Below, one piece after another: positions 47,553-56,114 of a DNA stretch of 56,813 bases. The notes beneath the pieces are model-generated. The model saw nothing but the letters and a program-made list of their open reading frames with translations. It was not told the DNA's origin and searched no databases. This stretch comes from an uncultured Gammaproteobacteria bacterium (GTDB lineage Bacteria; Patescibacteriota; Microgenomatia; Levybacterales; GWA1-39-11). The stretch is from positions 47,316 through 104,128 of the forward strand of contig CAYTCO010000001.1 in the NCBI GenBank assembly GCA_964436385.1. Reading direction: 5' to 3'. Within the stretch, counting starts at the first letter, position 1. Each line of letters opens with the position of its first letter. A program made the translations under genes and the position numbers.

Positions 47553-47879
47553 TTATGGTTTGATTTTCCATTTTTCAAGTTTTAATTTGTGATAAAGTTT
47601 AATCAGCTGCTGAGTTTCATATTCATATTCAACCTGCTCTTTTATTAGGTCATATCCTATATGCAATATAAGAGGTAAATTAGATAATGCCCATTTACAA
47701 AATTGTGAGTTTTCAGGATAAATAATTCGCGCTAAATCTATTACTTTATCACGCCAATGATAATAATAGCATTTTGCTGTTTTATATTTTTGTTGAAGTT
47801 CTTCATATTGCTCAACTGACATTCGTTGCCATCCTTTATACAGAACATATGGTTCTAAAAGACGTGAATCTATTTCCAT
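47553..47879 (-). CDS. hypothetical protein (108 aa)
   Basis: Co-directional. Confidence 0.55.
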   Translation of the reverse strand: MEIDSRLLEPYVLYKGWQRMSVEQYEELQQKYKTAKCYYYHWRDKVIDLARIIYPENSQFCKWALSNLPLILHIGYDLIKEQVEYEYETQQLIKLYHKLKLEKWKIKP

Positions 47880-47881
47880 AA

Positions 47882-48469
47882 TTATTTCTTCTTTTTAATT
47901 GGTACATTAGGTTTACGCATTCCACGTTGTGGTCTGCTAAGTGTTAGTTTTTCATACATTTGTTGTTGATGGATTTCCAATACTGCCATGTGGTCATTGA
48001 AAGCCTTTTCATGTTCTTTAAGCTGTTCATCCGATATATCTTTGTCAGCTGCTATAGCTTTATTGACTTCAGGTTGATTATGAAATATCTGTCCATTGCA
48101 GTTATCATTATGAACTTTCATAAATGATTCCAAGCCGAATATTCCTGCTGTATAAGGGGTTTCTTCAAAGTTTTTAATAAACTTTTCAGCATTTTTCTGT
48201 ACATAGATAGGCTCACCTGAAGGCCCGTAGTATTCAACTTCCATTTGTTTTACAAAGTTGTAGCCAGCTATATCAATATCTTCTATGGTAGCCATTTCAT
48301 GGCTTACCAAGTTATTATAGACCTTTTTGAACCCTTCTTTATGGGTTGCTGTGATTTTTTCGATATCGGCTTTGCAATGTGTCCACCAAAGGCTATTGGT
48401 AGAAAAATACAAATGAAATTCCTGTTTCTTAAGCAATTGTTGCTTGATTTCTTTTAATGTAATGGGCAT
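47882..48469 (-). CDS. hypothetical protein (195 aa)
   Basis: First gene downstream of the tRNA-like gene. Confidence 0.6.
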   Translation of the reverse strand: MPITLKEIKQQLLKKQEFHLYFSTNSLWWTHCKADIEKITATHKEGFKKVYNNLVSHEMATIEDIDIAGYNFVKQMEVEYYGPSGEPIYVQKNAEKFIKNFEETPYTAGIFGLESFMKVHNDNCNGQIFHNQPEVNKAIAADKDISDEQLKEHEKAFNDHMAVLEIHQQQMYEKLTLSRPQRGMRKPNVPIKKKK

Positions 48470-48483
48470 GGTTTTAAGTTTAG

Positions 48484-48563
48484 TGGGGGATGTAGGATTC
48501 GAACCTACAAGGAATTAACCATACAGCACCGCCGTACTCGTTTACCAGTTTCGCCAATCCCCC
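48484..48563 (-). tRNA. tRNA-like gene, long-variable-arm type, isotype undetermined (atypical D stem and anticodon loop)
   Basis: Minus-strand read: GGGGGAU/AUCCCCC 7-bp acceptor stem and GUAGG-UUCGAAU-CCUAC T arm, with U8, A14 and G18G19 present. The D stem has only 2-3 bp. The best anticodon stem GUACG/UGUAU encloses GCGGUGC, which lacks U33. Confidence 0.6.
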
Positions 48564-48566
48564 GAT

Positions 48567-48602
48567 AATAAATAGCAAATTAACAATTATTTGCTATTTA
48601 TT
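48567..48602 (-). terminator. Perfect 14-bp AT-rich hairpin between ORF 48621 and the tRNA-like gene
   Basis: AATAAATAGCAAAT / ATTTGCTATTTATT with an 8-nt loop. Confidence 0.4.
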
Positions 48603-48620
48603 GGATTTAATTTAGAAAAG

Positions 48621-48902
48621 TTAATAAACCTTTATAAAATGTTCAATTGAACTATTAACATAGATGATATGGGTTTTTGTTTTGAAATGATTGTATGGAT
48701 TATACCATGGATTTCTTAATTCCATAGCAGCTTGCTCTTTGTCGATAACACCAGCTTCTAAAGCTATTTTAACTACTTCTCGACGATTTGCCCGGGTATG
48801 ACCTTTCATTAGTTGTTCCCATTTTAACATTCCTATATCAACACAACTACATTCGAATTGAACACCGTTGTGCTTTGCTCGGTCGTAAATATTAATGCCC
48901 AT
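48621..48902 (-). CDS. hypothetical protein (93 aa)
   Basis: Co-directional. Confidence 0.55.
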   Translation of the reverse strand: MGINIYDRAKHNGVQFECSCVDIGMLKWEQLMKGHTRANRREVVKIALEAGVIDKEQAAMELRNPWYNPYNHFKTKTHIIYVNSSIEHFIKVY

Positions 48903-49155
48903 GATAAATCTCTTTATAGATTTGATTCATATGGTCATACCATTTTACCCAAGCACGAGGATCTTCACATTTATTAGGTTCTGTTCCGGCTTCATCTAAT
49001 ACTCGTTTTCGATAATGGTCACCACGTTCAATAGCTTCGTAAATCATTTTACATGCTTCTGCATCATCTTTAAAACCTGCTAATAACCATAATCGTTCAG
49101 CTTCTATCCAGTTACTTTCTTTTTCAGCTTTTCTTGCTTTTAGTTGTAATTCCAT
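48892..49155 (-). CDS. hypothetical protein (87 aa)
   Basis: Co-directional and overlaps its neighbour. Confidence 0.55.
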   Translation of the reverse strand: MELQLKARKAEKESNWIEAERLWLLAGFKDDAEACKMIYEAIERGDHYRKRVLDEAGTEPNKCEDPRAWVKWYDHMNQIYKEIYHGH

Positions 49156-49157
49156 AA

Positions 49158-49469
49158 TTATTCATTTAAACGGTCTTGACACATATCATGAATTTCTTCA
49201 ATTGAATCAGCATCATGTAAACTATTAATATCGGGTAGGTCATCCCATCCAACACCTACTTCTTTATCTAGCCAATCGTTAGCGATTTTTAGCTTTTCTT
49301 CATACGTGAATTCCTTGTCTATTATAGCCAGTGGATTCATTTCAATGTTTTCGTGCCAAAGGTCTTTAAACGCTTCTTGGGCTTCAGGAGTTAAATGACT
49401 CCAAAATATTTGATATTCCATTATTGAAAGTAGATTTGATAGGTCTGAGGTAATATCATCCAGCTGCAT
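49158..49469 (-). CDS. hypothetical acidic protein (103 aa)
   Basis: Co-directional. Confidence 0.55.
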   Translation of the reverse strand: MQLDDITSDLSNLLSIMEYQIFWSHLTPEAQEAFKDLWHENIEMNPLAIIDKEFTYEEKLKIANDWLDKEVGVGWDDLPDINSLHDADSIEEIHDMCQDRLNE

Positions 49470-49600
49470 TCAGACAGCTTATGAGTTGTGTTTTTGGTAA
49501 TCCATTCTTCTGTTTTTTCAGATGTTTGGGAATTTACATTTGGGATGTTGTAAATGTGCACTTCTGTTGTAGAAGCATCTAAAATTATGATTTTTTTCAT
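49421..49600 (-). CDS. possible small protein (59 aa, MKKIIILDASTTEVHIYNIP...)
   Basis: Hand-translated ORF just below the track cutoff. It fills the 132-nt gap and its 3' end overlaps the next gene by 49 nt. Confidence 0.45.
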   Translation of the reverse strand: MKKIIILDASTTEVHIYNIPNVNSQTSEKTEEWITKNTTHKLSECSWMILPQTYQIYFQ

Positions 49601-49601
49601 G

Positions 49602-49799
49602 CTATTCTAATTCTGTTTGTTCGTAAATACTACCAAATTCATCACGTATAATGAATTCTTTTAAATGAATGGATTCATCGCTTAAATCATTGCACCAATT
49701 ATGTTGTAGTAATCGATATAATTCTATTCGTAATGATTCCATTTGACGAATGCCAATTCCCGGCTTTAGGTCAATACTCAATACTATTTGATTTTGCAT
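49602..49799 (-). CDS. hypothetical protein (65 aa)
   Basis: Co-directional. Confidence 0.5.
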   Translation of the reverse strand: MQNQIVLSIDLKPGIGIRQMESLRIELYRLLQHNWCNDLSDESIHLKEFIIRDEFGSIYEQTELE

Positions 49800-49957
49800 T
49801 TTGATGGATTTTTAAGTTTTAAAATCTCTCGTTGTACCCGGTAATAGCAAACATGCAAACTTTTGGCGATATCCATTACTGGCTTACCTCGGTTTACCAT
49901 GATTGCTATATACATTTGTTCGGGCTTTGAGAATTCTTTTTTAAGATGATGGTTCAT
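49784..49957 (-). CDS. possible small HTH protein (57 aa; sigma-70 region 4 / LuxR-like helix-turn-helix)
   Basis: Hand-translated: MNHHLKKEFSKPEQMYIAIMVNRGKPVMDIAKSLHVCYYRVQREILKLKNPSKCKIK. It overlaps both neighbours by 16-17 nt and fills the apparent gap. Confidence 0.4.
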   Translation of the reverse strand: MNHHLKKEFSKPEQMYIAIMVNRGKPVMDIAKSLHVCYYRVQREILKLKNPSKCKIK

Positions 49958-50537
49958 GTTCAAATGATTTAGGAAATGAAGTTACACGTATTTCATGTTC
50001 TGAATCGGTTTCATCAGGAATGTCTGTAACATCTACACTATCGGTAGTAAATACTGTTAGCACATGAGTTGCAAACAATTCAGCTACATTAAGCATTTCG
50101 CCAAATACTCTACTTGTACGATAATCAAAGACATTAAACATTCCGTTCCACTTGGGTAGAACCTCTCGTATTTTCTTTGCATAGTCGCAAGGATAGGCTG
50201 TGTCGATTTTCGACTGCTCTTCCTTTGTCATACAGATGTTCATTAGTTCCCGGGTAGAACGCATATTGATATTCAGCAATTGGTTAATCAACATAGCTTT
50301 TTCATCGCTAATATAACCTTCATTTAGGTTTTCCCGAAGCTGCCTTATGGCATATGATTCATTTGCTTTGGCTTTATCCCTTGCCAAAAATCCTTTTGTA
50401 TATACATCCAGATCACTGTGATTTGGAAAAAGTTGGTCATCGCCTTCTTTTTCGAAATATAATTCTGCTAATTTTTCACGATTTTTCATTTTCAGTTGTT
50501 TTAATGATTTGAAATGAGTCAAAAATGTTATTATCAC
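49941..50537 (-). CDS. hypothetical protein (198 aa; the internal ATG at 50489 gives 182 aa with less overlap)
   Basis: Co-directional. Confidence 0.6.
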   Translation of the reverse strand: MIITFLTHFKSLKQLKMKNREKLAELYFEKEGDDQLFPNHSDLDVYTKGFLARDKAKANESYAIRQLRENLNEGYISDEKAMLINQLLNINMRSTRELMNICMTKEEQSKIDTAYPCDYAKKIREVLPKWNGMFNVFDYRTSRVFGEMLNVAELFATHVLTVFTTDSVDVTDIPDETDSEHEIRVTSFPKSFEHEPSS

Positions 50538-50757
50538 CTTCGGGTATTAGTACCGGTTCATAGGCTGCTACATTCATGTAGTAATCAGAGCCCATCCATT
50601 CTTTTTTAGTGTGATGGTATAGGCTTATAGCTGCTCGTTTGCTACGTGTTATAAATTTTATAACATACGTGCTATAATGACGGTGGTGGTTACATTCAAA
50701 TACAATATATAAGGGATTCATATTAAATGGGTTTTGTGGGTGCTGTTGTTTCGTCAA
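50476..50757 (-). CDS. hypothetical protein (93 aa)
   Basis: Co-directional. Confidence 0.5.
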   Translation of the reverse strand: MTKQQHPQNPFNMNPLYIVFECNHHRHYSTYVIKFITRSKRAAISLYHHTKKEWMGSDYYMNVAAYEPVLIPEGDNNIFDSFQIIKTTENEKS

Positions 50758-50920
50758 TAAGTAGATATAGCTGTTTATGAGTAAGATGACTTACCAATTC
50801 AGAATCGTTTATTAATAACCAAGTTTTGACTTGCTGTAAACGATCATATCTACTCCATACTATGGCTTTTGCCAAATGCCAGTATTCAGTGATTTTGTTT
50901 TCTAAAAGTGTTTTATCCAT
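50723..50920 (-). CDS. hypothetical protein (65 aa)
   Basis: Co-directional. Confidence 0.45.
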   Translation of the reverse strand: MDKTLLENKITEYWHLAKAIVWSRYDRLQQVKTWLLINDSELVSHLTHKQLYLLIDETTAPTKPI

Positions 50921-50925
50921 TGTGA

Positions 50926-51168
50926 TTAAGTTAAATATAGAGTACCTTTTGTAATGGCTTTTCCAATGTTAGATTCAGTAAATAGTTCCTGTTCAGTAAG
51001 TTCTTGTTCAGAATCATCAATAAAATTGAATACTTCAAATATTTCTTCATCTGAATGAAATTCAATAGTTTTTGAACTTCTAACGCCCCCATTCAATTGA
51101 ATAAAGAAATCCTGACTTTCATCCATACATGCTTCTTTAAGCTGCTGTATTGTTTTTATTTGTATCAT
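50926..51168 (-). CDS. hypothetical protein (80 aa)
   Basis: Co-directional. Confidence 0.5.
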   Translation of the reverse strand: MIQIKTIQQLKEACMDESQDFFIQLNGGVRSSKTIEFHSDEEIFEVFNFIDDSEQELTEQELFTESNIGKAITKGTLYLT

Positions 51169-51182
51169 CTTTATTTATTTAT

Positions 51183-51533
51183 TTATTCTAAATCATCCCA
51201 TCCTTGATTTGGGCACATTTCTGGAGCTTTATTTATCCATGTCCATTCTTTTTTTCTTGTTAAATTAGGACTTATATAAGGTTTCTTTGAAAACACTAAA
51301 TTGATGCCTATATGTCTATCTTCGTTGGAATTGCCTGTTAATCCTTCACAGTTATTCATTTCTGCTACTAATTGAAAGAAGTCTTTACCCCCAAAATTGC
51401 CATAACCGTCATATCCTGATTCTTCCCAAACATTGCCTTTGTTGTCGTGCATAAATGCAGTAGAACGTAAATCGGTTACATTATTTCTGATGCTTGTGTG
51501 ATCATCTTGTGTGATCCATGAAAATTTGCCCAT
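51183..51533 (-). CDS. hypothetical protein (116 aa)
   Basis: Co-directional. Confidence 0.55.
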   Translation of the reverse strand: MGKFSWITQDDHTSIRNNVTDLRSTAFMHDNKGNVWEESGYDGYGNFGGKDFFQLVAEMNNCEGLTGNSNEDRHIGINLVFSKKPYISPNLTRKKEWTWINKAPEMCPNQGWDDLE

Positions 51534-51572
51534 GATAGAGCTGACTGTAAAGTAGTCTTACTTTTTAGTTTT

Positions 51573-52133
51573 TTATATTAATCCTTCGTCACGGAATGAA
51601 AAGAAGTTGTTATTTACGGTACCAGCTACAATGATATGGTCTGTTACTTCTATATCTAAAATCTTACCGGCTTGCACTATTCTTTCTGTTAATCTTTTAT
51701 CAGTTTCTGATGGATTAACATTGCCAGATGGGTGATTATGACATAAAACGATTCTTGTACATTTTTTTGTTTCAAGAGCCATTGAAAATATAATTCGTTG
51801 GTCTACTACAGTTCCTGTAATGCCACCACTTGATACTTTTTCGGTTTTAATAACCACTCCATTGTGTTTCATAAAAATGACATAAAAATGCTCAACATCT
51901 TCCCATTTCATAAACTGCAAAATATCGTAAGCATCTTTGGATGTATGAATTTGTTTAAGTTCACTATTAGCATATCGGCTTTTTATTTCCTCACATATTG
52001 CAAGATGTTTGTTAATTGGAAAATCAGCCAGGCTCTTTTTATAACCTAAGCAAGCATATAGTTCTTCAGTACTGTATTTGCTTGCATTCAGGTTATCGAA
52101 ATCACGGATGTTTTTTACTATTTGTGTTGTCAT
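51573..52133 (-). CDS. radC: RadC-like JAB/MPN (JAMM) domain protein
   Basis: IVLCHNHPSGNVNPSETD (H-x-H-P-x-G ... S-x-x-D JAMM motif). Confidence 0.85.
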   Translation of the reverse strand: MTTQIVKNIRDFDNLNASKYSTEELYACLGYKKSLADFPINKHLAICEEIKSRYANSELKQIHTSKDAYDILQFMKWEDVEHFYVIFMKHNGVVIKTEKVSSGGITGTVVDQRIIFSMALETKKCTRIVLCHNHPSGNVNPSETDKRLTERIVQAGKILDIEVTDHIIVAGTVNNNFFSFRDEGLI

Positions 52134-52143
52134 GATTTAAGAT

Positions 52144-52374
52144 TTAAGTATGAAAATCAGAATAAACTAGCCGATATAATCCTTCACCTGCCATCGTACC
52201 TATAAGTACAAAAGTCATTATACTACCACTTTGTGATTCATCGTTTTCAAAAATAAGTACATTTCGACCTACGATATAACCACCTATATCGGTTATTGAA
52301 GGGCTAGCCATAATTTCTTTTACGGCTTCTACAAGTATTGAATACCTATAGGGTTTAAACATTTGTAATTTCAT
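52144..52374 (-). CDS. hypothetical protein (76 aa)
   Basis: Co-directional. Confidence 0.5.
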   Translation of the reverse strand: MKLQMFKPYRYSILVEAVKEIMASPSITDIGGYIVGRNVLIFENDESQSGSIMTFVLIGTMAGEGLYRLVYSDFHT

Positions 52375-52377
52375 AAT

Positions 52378-52617
52378 TTAAAAGTTTTTATCAAATTGAT
52401 TACGAGCTCTTTTTTTAGCATAACTCATATTAGTGGAATTAATGACTAATCGTTCATGGCCAGTATTATTTCGGAGCTTACCTTCAAACCAATAGTCACC
52501 GTAATTACACCATATATCAGCATAGATTTTACCTGTGTTTAAATTAGCTAAATCTATCCATGCTCTAGGGGAGCCATCGGCTTTTGTGTTAATGATTATT
52601 TGTGCTTTGATTTCCAT
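52378..52617 (-). CDS. hypothetical protein (79 aa)
   Basis: Co-directional. Confidence 0.5.
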   Translation of the reverse strand: MEIKAQIIINTKADGSPRAWIDLANLNTGKIYADIWCNYGDYWFEGKLRNNTGHERLVINSTNMSYAKKRARNQFDKNF

Positions 52618-52618
52618 G

Positions 52619-53056
52619 TTAAAAGTGTGGTGGCGGTATGTTGCCTGGTTTTACAGATTTATAAAACTCATCGGCTTCTTTTTCGATTTTTTCTAGTTCC
52701 TCTTGTTCTTTTTTCTGATTTTCATTAAACCCATTCAATAGTTCTTGAACTTCTAAATATCCAACACCTGTAAATGGTAATTTATTAGGATCTTCTTCAT
52801 CTGCAGTCCAATTATATTGAAATCGGATACCCATTTTTCCAGAATTACGCAATATAAAATGATTAAATTCTCGAAATCCTTTGATGCATTGTTTTAGAAA
52901 ATCTTCACACTTTTTAAAAGCTTCTAAATCTTCAGGAGTCCATTTTGATTTATCAGGATAATCATAACCTTTATTTTGATATGTAAGGTTTGGATGTTCA
53001 GCTTGAACTTTCATTAGCATGTCGTATTCATGCTGTTCTATAAGAGTTATTCTCAT
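52619..53056 (-). CDS. hypothetical protein (145 aa)
   Basis: Co-directional. Confidence 0.55.
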   Translation of the reverse strand: MRITLIEQHEYDMLMKVQAEHPNLTYQNKGYDYPDKSKWTPEDLEAFKKCEDFLKQCIKGFREFNHFILRNSGKMGIRFQYNWTADEEDPNKLPFTGVGYLEVQELLNGFNENQKKEQEELEKIEKEADEFYKSVKPGNIPPPHF

Positions 53057-53062
53057 AAGTTA

Positions 53063-53332
53063 TTAAATTTTACAAACCCATACATCTGGCTTTGCGTTGT
53101 GAAAAAATACTGACCTTGTTTTAGGGTTTCCATCGGCATCCATAGTCCATAAGGTATCATCATTACTTTTTAGTATATATGAGAATTGACCTAGTGATAC
53201 AGCAATATAAAATAACTGTAAATGGATTCTTTCGACAGGGTAGTGGAAAGTAAGGAATACTTCACTTACTTCCACTGAGCCTGGGCGTTGTTTTTTGGGC
53301 TGTTCTTGACTAATGTATTGTTCGAATTTCAT
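53063..53332 (-). CDS. hypothetical protein (89 aa)
   Basis: Co-directional. Confidence 0.5.
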   Translation of the reverse strand: MKFEQYISQEQPKKQRPGSVEVSEVFLTFHYPVERIHLQLFYIAVSLGQFSYILKSNDDTLWTMDADGNPKTRSVFFHNAKPDVWVCKI

Positions 53333-53334
53333 AA

Positions 53335-53547
53335 CTATTTTTTAAGTTCTGAAAAAACACACTTATATACGTAACCGTCCATATCATAATCCCAAAGTAT
53401 AAAACTAATTGTTACATCTCTTGGTCCTTTTAATACAATGAAGTGTTGACCGGTTAATTTAGTTCCATATTCAAGCATGGTGTATTCTTCACGAACATTA
53501 ACGAAATCCTCAATTTCAGCATAAGGATAGTTTTTATTTGTTTTCAT
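53335..53547 (-). CDS. hypothetical protein (70 aa)
   Basis: Co-directional. Confidence 0.5.
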   Translation of the reverse strand: MKTNKNYPYAEIEDFVNVREEYTMLEYGTKLTGQHFIVLKGPRDVTISFILWDYDMDGYVYKCVFSELKK

Positions 53548-53548
53548 G

Positions 53549-53818
53549 TTACTTGTTTAGAATTGTCCAATCAGTTACCTCATGATTTACAGCACTTGTG
53601 ATAGTATATCCTTCAGCACGCATTCTATTTGCTACTTCAGGCATAATGGCATATTCTTCTCTACTCCAACCAAAAGCCGGTGCACAAGAAGCTGTCATAA
53701 ATGTTGTTGAGAGATTATTGCCTAATCTTTGTTTAAACATGGCAATCATGTCTTGGATATATTTTTCTTTTACTGATAATTCAGGTTTGGTAGTTTTTAC
53801 CGAATTTGCTGTGTCCAT
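53549..53818 (-). CDS. hypothetical protein (89 aa)
   Basis: Co-directional. Confidence 0.5.
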   Translation of the reverse strand: MDTANSVKTTKPELSVKEKYIQDMIAMFKQRLGNNLSTTFMTASCAPAFGWSREEYAIMPEVANRMRAEGYTITSAVNHEVTDWTILNK

Positions 53819-53829
53819 TTTATTTATTT

Positions 53830-54249
53830 TTATCTATCTTCTTTTGTGAATCCAGCTGAATCTATTTTAGGTCCATTATCAATGATGATTTCTTCAACAA
53901 TCTTTCCATCGATTAACCTTGATATAGAGCAAAATTCTACATCTTCTTTATTTAATAAATGTTGTAGTAATTCTGCATGTTCTGATTCTGTTTCTAATGA
54001 ACCACATTCTGTAGCTATTGAATTAAGGCCTTTTATTCTAAAAGCACCATAGGGATTTACTAATTCAGTATATTCCCAATCTTCTTCAGTAAGCTCAGTT
54101 AATAGCTTATCTCTGTTTTTAATGGTAGCTGATCTATTATAGCCACAATTATTACAAGAAATCCATTCTTCGCCTGTTTTATAATTAAGTTCATCCCAGG
54201 CTTCTTGTCCACAATTAGGACAGTCTATTGTATTTCCAATGCTTCCCAT
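53830..54249 (-). CDS. Zinc-ribbon protein (139 aa)
   Basis: CPNCGQ ... CNNCGY four-Cys ribbon near the N-terminus. Confidence 0.55.
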   Translation of the reverse strand: MGSIGNTIDCPNCGQEAWDELNYKTGEEWISCNNCGYNRSATIKNRDKLLTELTEEDWEYTELVNPYGAFRIKGLNSIATECGSLETESEHAELLQHLLNKEDVEFCSISRLIDGKIVEEIIIDNGPKIDSAGFTKEDR

Positions 54250-54250
54250 A

Positions 54251-54487
54251 TTATTGACAGGTTGTGGTGGTTATAACTTTAACATTTCCACTTATGGCAG
54301 TATTTGTACCGGCTTTCATAAATGCTTCTTTTTCTTTTTTGGTACCGCAAAATTCGGTCATGACATAAGTGACTTGACCACTTACTTGTGGTGCAATAAT
54401 CGTATGCTGTGAGTACTTGCATTGGTAGCAACGTTGACAGCTGGATAGCCCAATAAGAAGGGCAAGCACTATAATTGATTTTTTCAT
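54251..54487 (-). CDS. Lipoprotein (78 aa, Cys-rich mature part)
   Basis: MKKSIIVLALLIGLSSC lipobox. Confidence 0.6.
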   Translation of the reverse strand: MKKSIIVLALLIGLSSCQRCYQCKYSQHTIIAPQVSGQVTYVMTEFCGTKKEKEAFMKAGTNTAISGNVKVITTTTCQ

Positions 54488-54738
54488 CTTGTTATAATTA
54501 AATATTCATTGTTTTTAGAGAATAATGTAAACGTTTGACGAGGCTTGTTATGGATATCTGTAGATTGAACATTATAAAATTCAAGAGCCGTTAATACAGG
54601 ATGTCTTAAATCAGCTTTTTTTATTAATTCGGCTTTTGTTAGATTCTCTATTTTTGAAATCCGGTCTGTTTGTACATATCCATTAGCTAATTTATAAAAA
54701 GTTACTTTCATATCTTTTAGATTTAATGTGATTCCCAT
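54484..54738 (-). CDS. hypothetical protein (84 aa)
   Basis: 4-nt overlap with its neighbour. Confidence 0.5.
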   Translation of the reverse strand: MGITLNLKDMKVTFYKLANGYVQTDRISKIENLTKAELIKKADLRHPVLTALEFYNVQSTDIHNKPRQTFTLFSKNNEYLIITR

Positions 54739-54986
54739 TGAACAATCATTGGGATTTCAGGAATTTGGTGAAAGTAAATAGGCTCTATATAATCAGGATC
54801 CCATATGTATTGATACTGGCCATCTCTTTTAATAAAACGTCCATCCTTTTCTCTTATGAGATTAAAAGCTTCTTCTTGAGAATTTGCTTTTACTGTAATG
54901 CGGGTAGCATCAAATGTTATCTGATATAGATTCATCTTTTTTAGGTGGTTTTTTAGTGGATTTTGAATTGAAATATCCTTCTGCAA
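54723..54986 (-). CDS. hypothetical protein (87 aa; the internal ATG at 54935 is the likelier start)
   Basis: Co-directional. Confidence 0.5.
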   Translation of the reverse strand: MQKDISIQNPLKNHLKKMNLYQITFDATRITVKANSQEEAFNLIREKDGRFIKRDGQYQYIWDPDYIEPIYFHQIPEIPMIVQWESH

Positions 54987-55176
54987 AATGTGGATTTAAC
55001 TTTTTGATAGTCATTATGCAGTATCTTCTTTGGGTTGCAAATTTAGATGTTGCTAAAACCGTATTTAAATAGGTTATCAACACAAATATGTATAATAACT
55101 GGTCATGTGTTGATTTGCTTTTTTCATGCTCTTTTGCGATTTCGTCAATGAAGTCAAATATTTTCTCGAATGCCAT
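54910..55176 (-). CDS. hypothetical protein (88 aa), first gene downstream of the hairpin-site array
   Basis: Its ATG lies 25 nt downstream (minus strand) of the GTTAAAA end of site 55202-55261. Confidence 0.5.
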   Translation of the reverse strand: MAFEKIFDFIDEIAKEHEKSKSTHDQLLYIFVLITYLNTVLATSKFATQRRYCIMTIKKLNPHFAEGYFNSKSTKKPPKKDESISDNI

Positions 55177-55201
55177 AATATTGTTTTTTAATAATTAATA
55201 A

Positions 55202-55261
55202 TTTTAACGTGCGATAAGCGCAAGCTCCGAAGCGAAGCCAGCGCCTATCGGAACGTTAGGC
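55202..55261 (-). repeat. attC-like imperfect hairpin site C (60 bp)
   Basis: + strand: TTTTAAC-gtg-CGATAAGCGC-aa-GCTCCgaagcGAAGC-ca-GCGCCTATCG-gaac-GTTAGGC. It starts 6 nt after the stop of ORF 55268. Confidence 0.55.
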
Positions 55262-55267
55262 AACATA

Positions 55268-55477
55268 TTAGCCAAGCCTATCTTTGATAATAGCGTTTAT
55301 TTTCTCGATGAAAATATTTCGCATATAGTCATAATCACAAGTTTCTCCTGCAAATATATCGGGGTCTTCGATTTTTACGAGTTTATCCAAGTGCCAATAT
55401 TTTTCAGCCCATTCAATAAACTCTTGTCCTACCGTTTCTTTTTCTTTAATTTCTGTTCCTGCTTCTAAAATACTCAT
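55268..55477 (-). CDS. Cassette ORF C, hypothetical protein (69 aa from ATG 55477)
   Basis: The listed 76-aa form starts at a TTG inside the 7-mer site. The ATG at 55477-55475 lies 12 nt downstream of the site. Confidence 0.55.
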   Translation of the reverse strand: MSILEAGTEIKEKETVGQEFIEWAEKYWHLDKLVKIEDPDIFAGETCDYDYMRNIFIEKINAIIKDRLG

Positions 55478-55489
55478 AATAAATACGTT

Positions 55490-55613
55490 GCCTAACAAAG
55501 TGTATAAGCAATAGCCGTTAGGCGTTTTAAACTATTGCAGTTGTTAATATCAAATTTTATCATTCTAATCAAGTTCTGTGTTCGGCTACTGCTCATACAC
55601 TCGACCGTTACCT
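55490..55613 (-). repeat. attC-like imperfect hairpin site B (124 bp)
   Basis: + strand: GCCTAAC-aa-AGTGTATAAGCAATAGCCG (55499-55517) ... 65-nt loop ... CGGCTACTGCTCATACACT (55583-55601)-cgacc-GTTACCT. 17 of 19 stem positions pair, and both mismatches are G-T on the minus strand. Confidence 0.55.
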
Positions 55614-55619
55614 GCAAGG

Positions 55620-56075
55620 CTACCTTGACACTTCCACATCAGCATCAGGGTATTCATAACAAGCATTTAAGTAATTCTCTACAAACTTGACAAGTCCATC
55701 ATAAGAACCCCATCCGTTTTCAGGATTAAACTTCTTGTATCTTTCAGGTTCGCTTTTCAAATTATGCAATCCTTGTCTTAATGGTTCAATCAATTCTTTT
55801 GCCTTTGTAATTTTAATTTCATCTGGTCGCCACAAATGCTCATAAATACCTGCTTCACCTGCCATAGTATTTAAGTTATGGGTAATGTTTGCAGAATAAA
55901 CTTCGTTTGTTTCGGTTTCTTCTTGCTCAAACTTAACAGGTTTGCTATTTGGATTTTTTGCGTTCCATTCTTCTTGTGTAATCTCTTTTGTTTGTCCATT
56001 TTCACGAACAAAAATTCCTGATGAAGCCTTTTTAATTTGTGGCTCTTTAGTAATTAAATAAACATCTAAACTCAT
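55620..56075 (-). CDS. Cassette ORF B, hypothetical protein (151 aa, MSLDVYLITKEPQ...)
   Basis: The N-terminal 68 codons of the listed 219-aa ORF read through the GC-rich hairpin site and look non-coding. The ATG at 56075-56073 was chosen. Confidence 0.6.
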   Translation of the reverse strand: MSLDVYLITKEPQIKKASSGIFVRENGQTKEITQEEWNAKNPNSKPVKFEQEETETNEVYSANITHNLNTMAGEAGIYEHLWRPDEIKITKAKELIEPLRQGLHNLKSEPERYKKFNPENGWGSYDGLVKFVENYLNACYEYPDADVEVSR

Positions 56076-56114
56076 TTTGTTTCTTTTAAAGTTCCTACTG
56101 ATAAGCCGCCCAGC

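Noticed and set aside
54638-54644. GTTAGAT core-like 7-mer inside ORF 54484-54738
   Set aside because: It is isolated, inside a coding sequence, with no AAC partner or hairpin, so it is compatible with chance.
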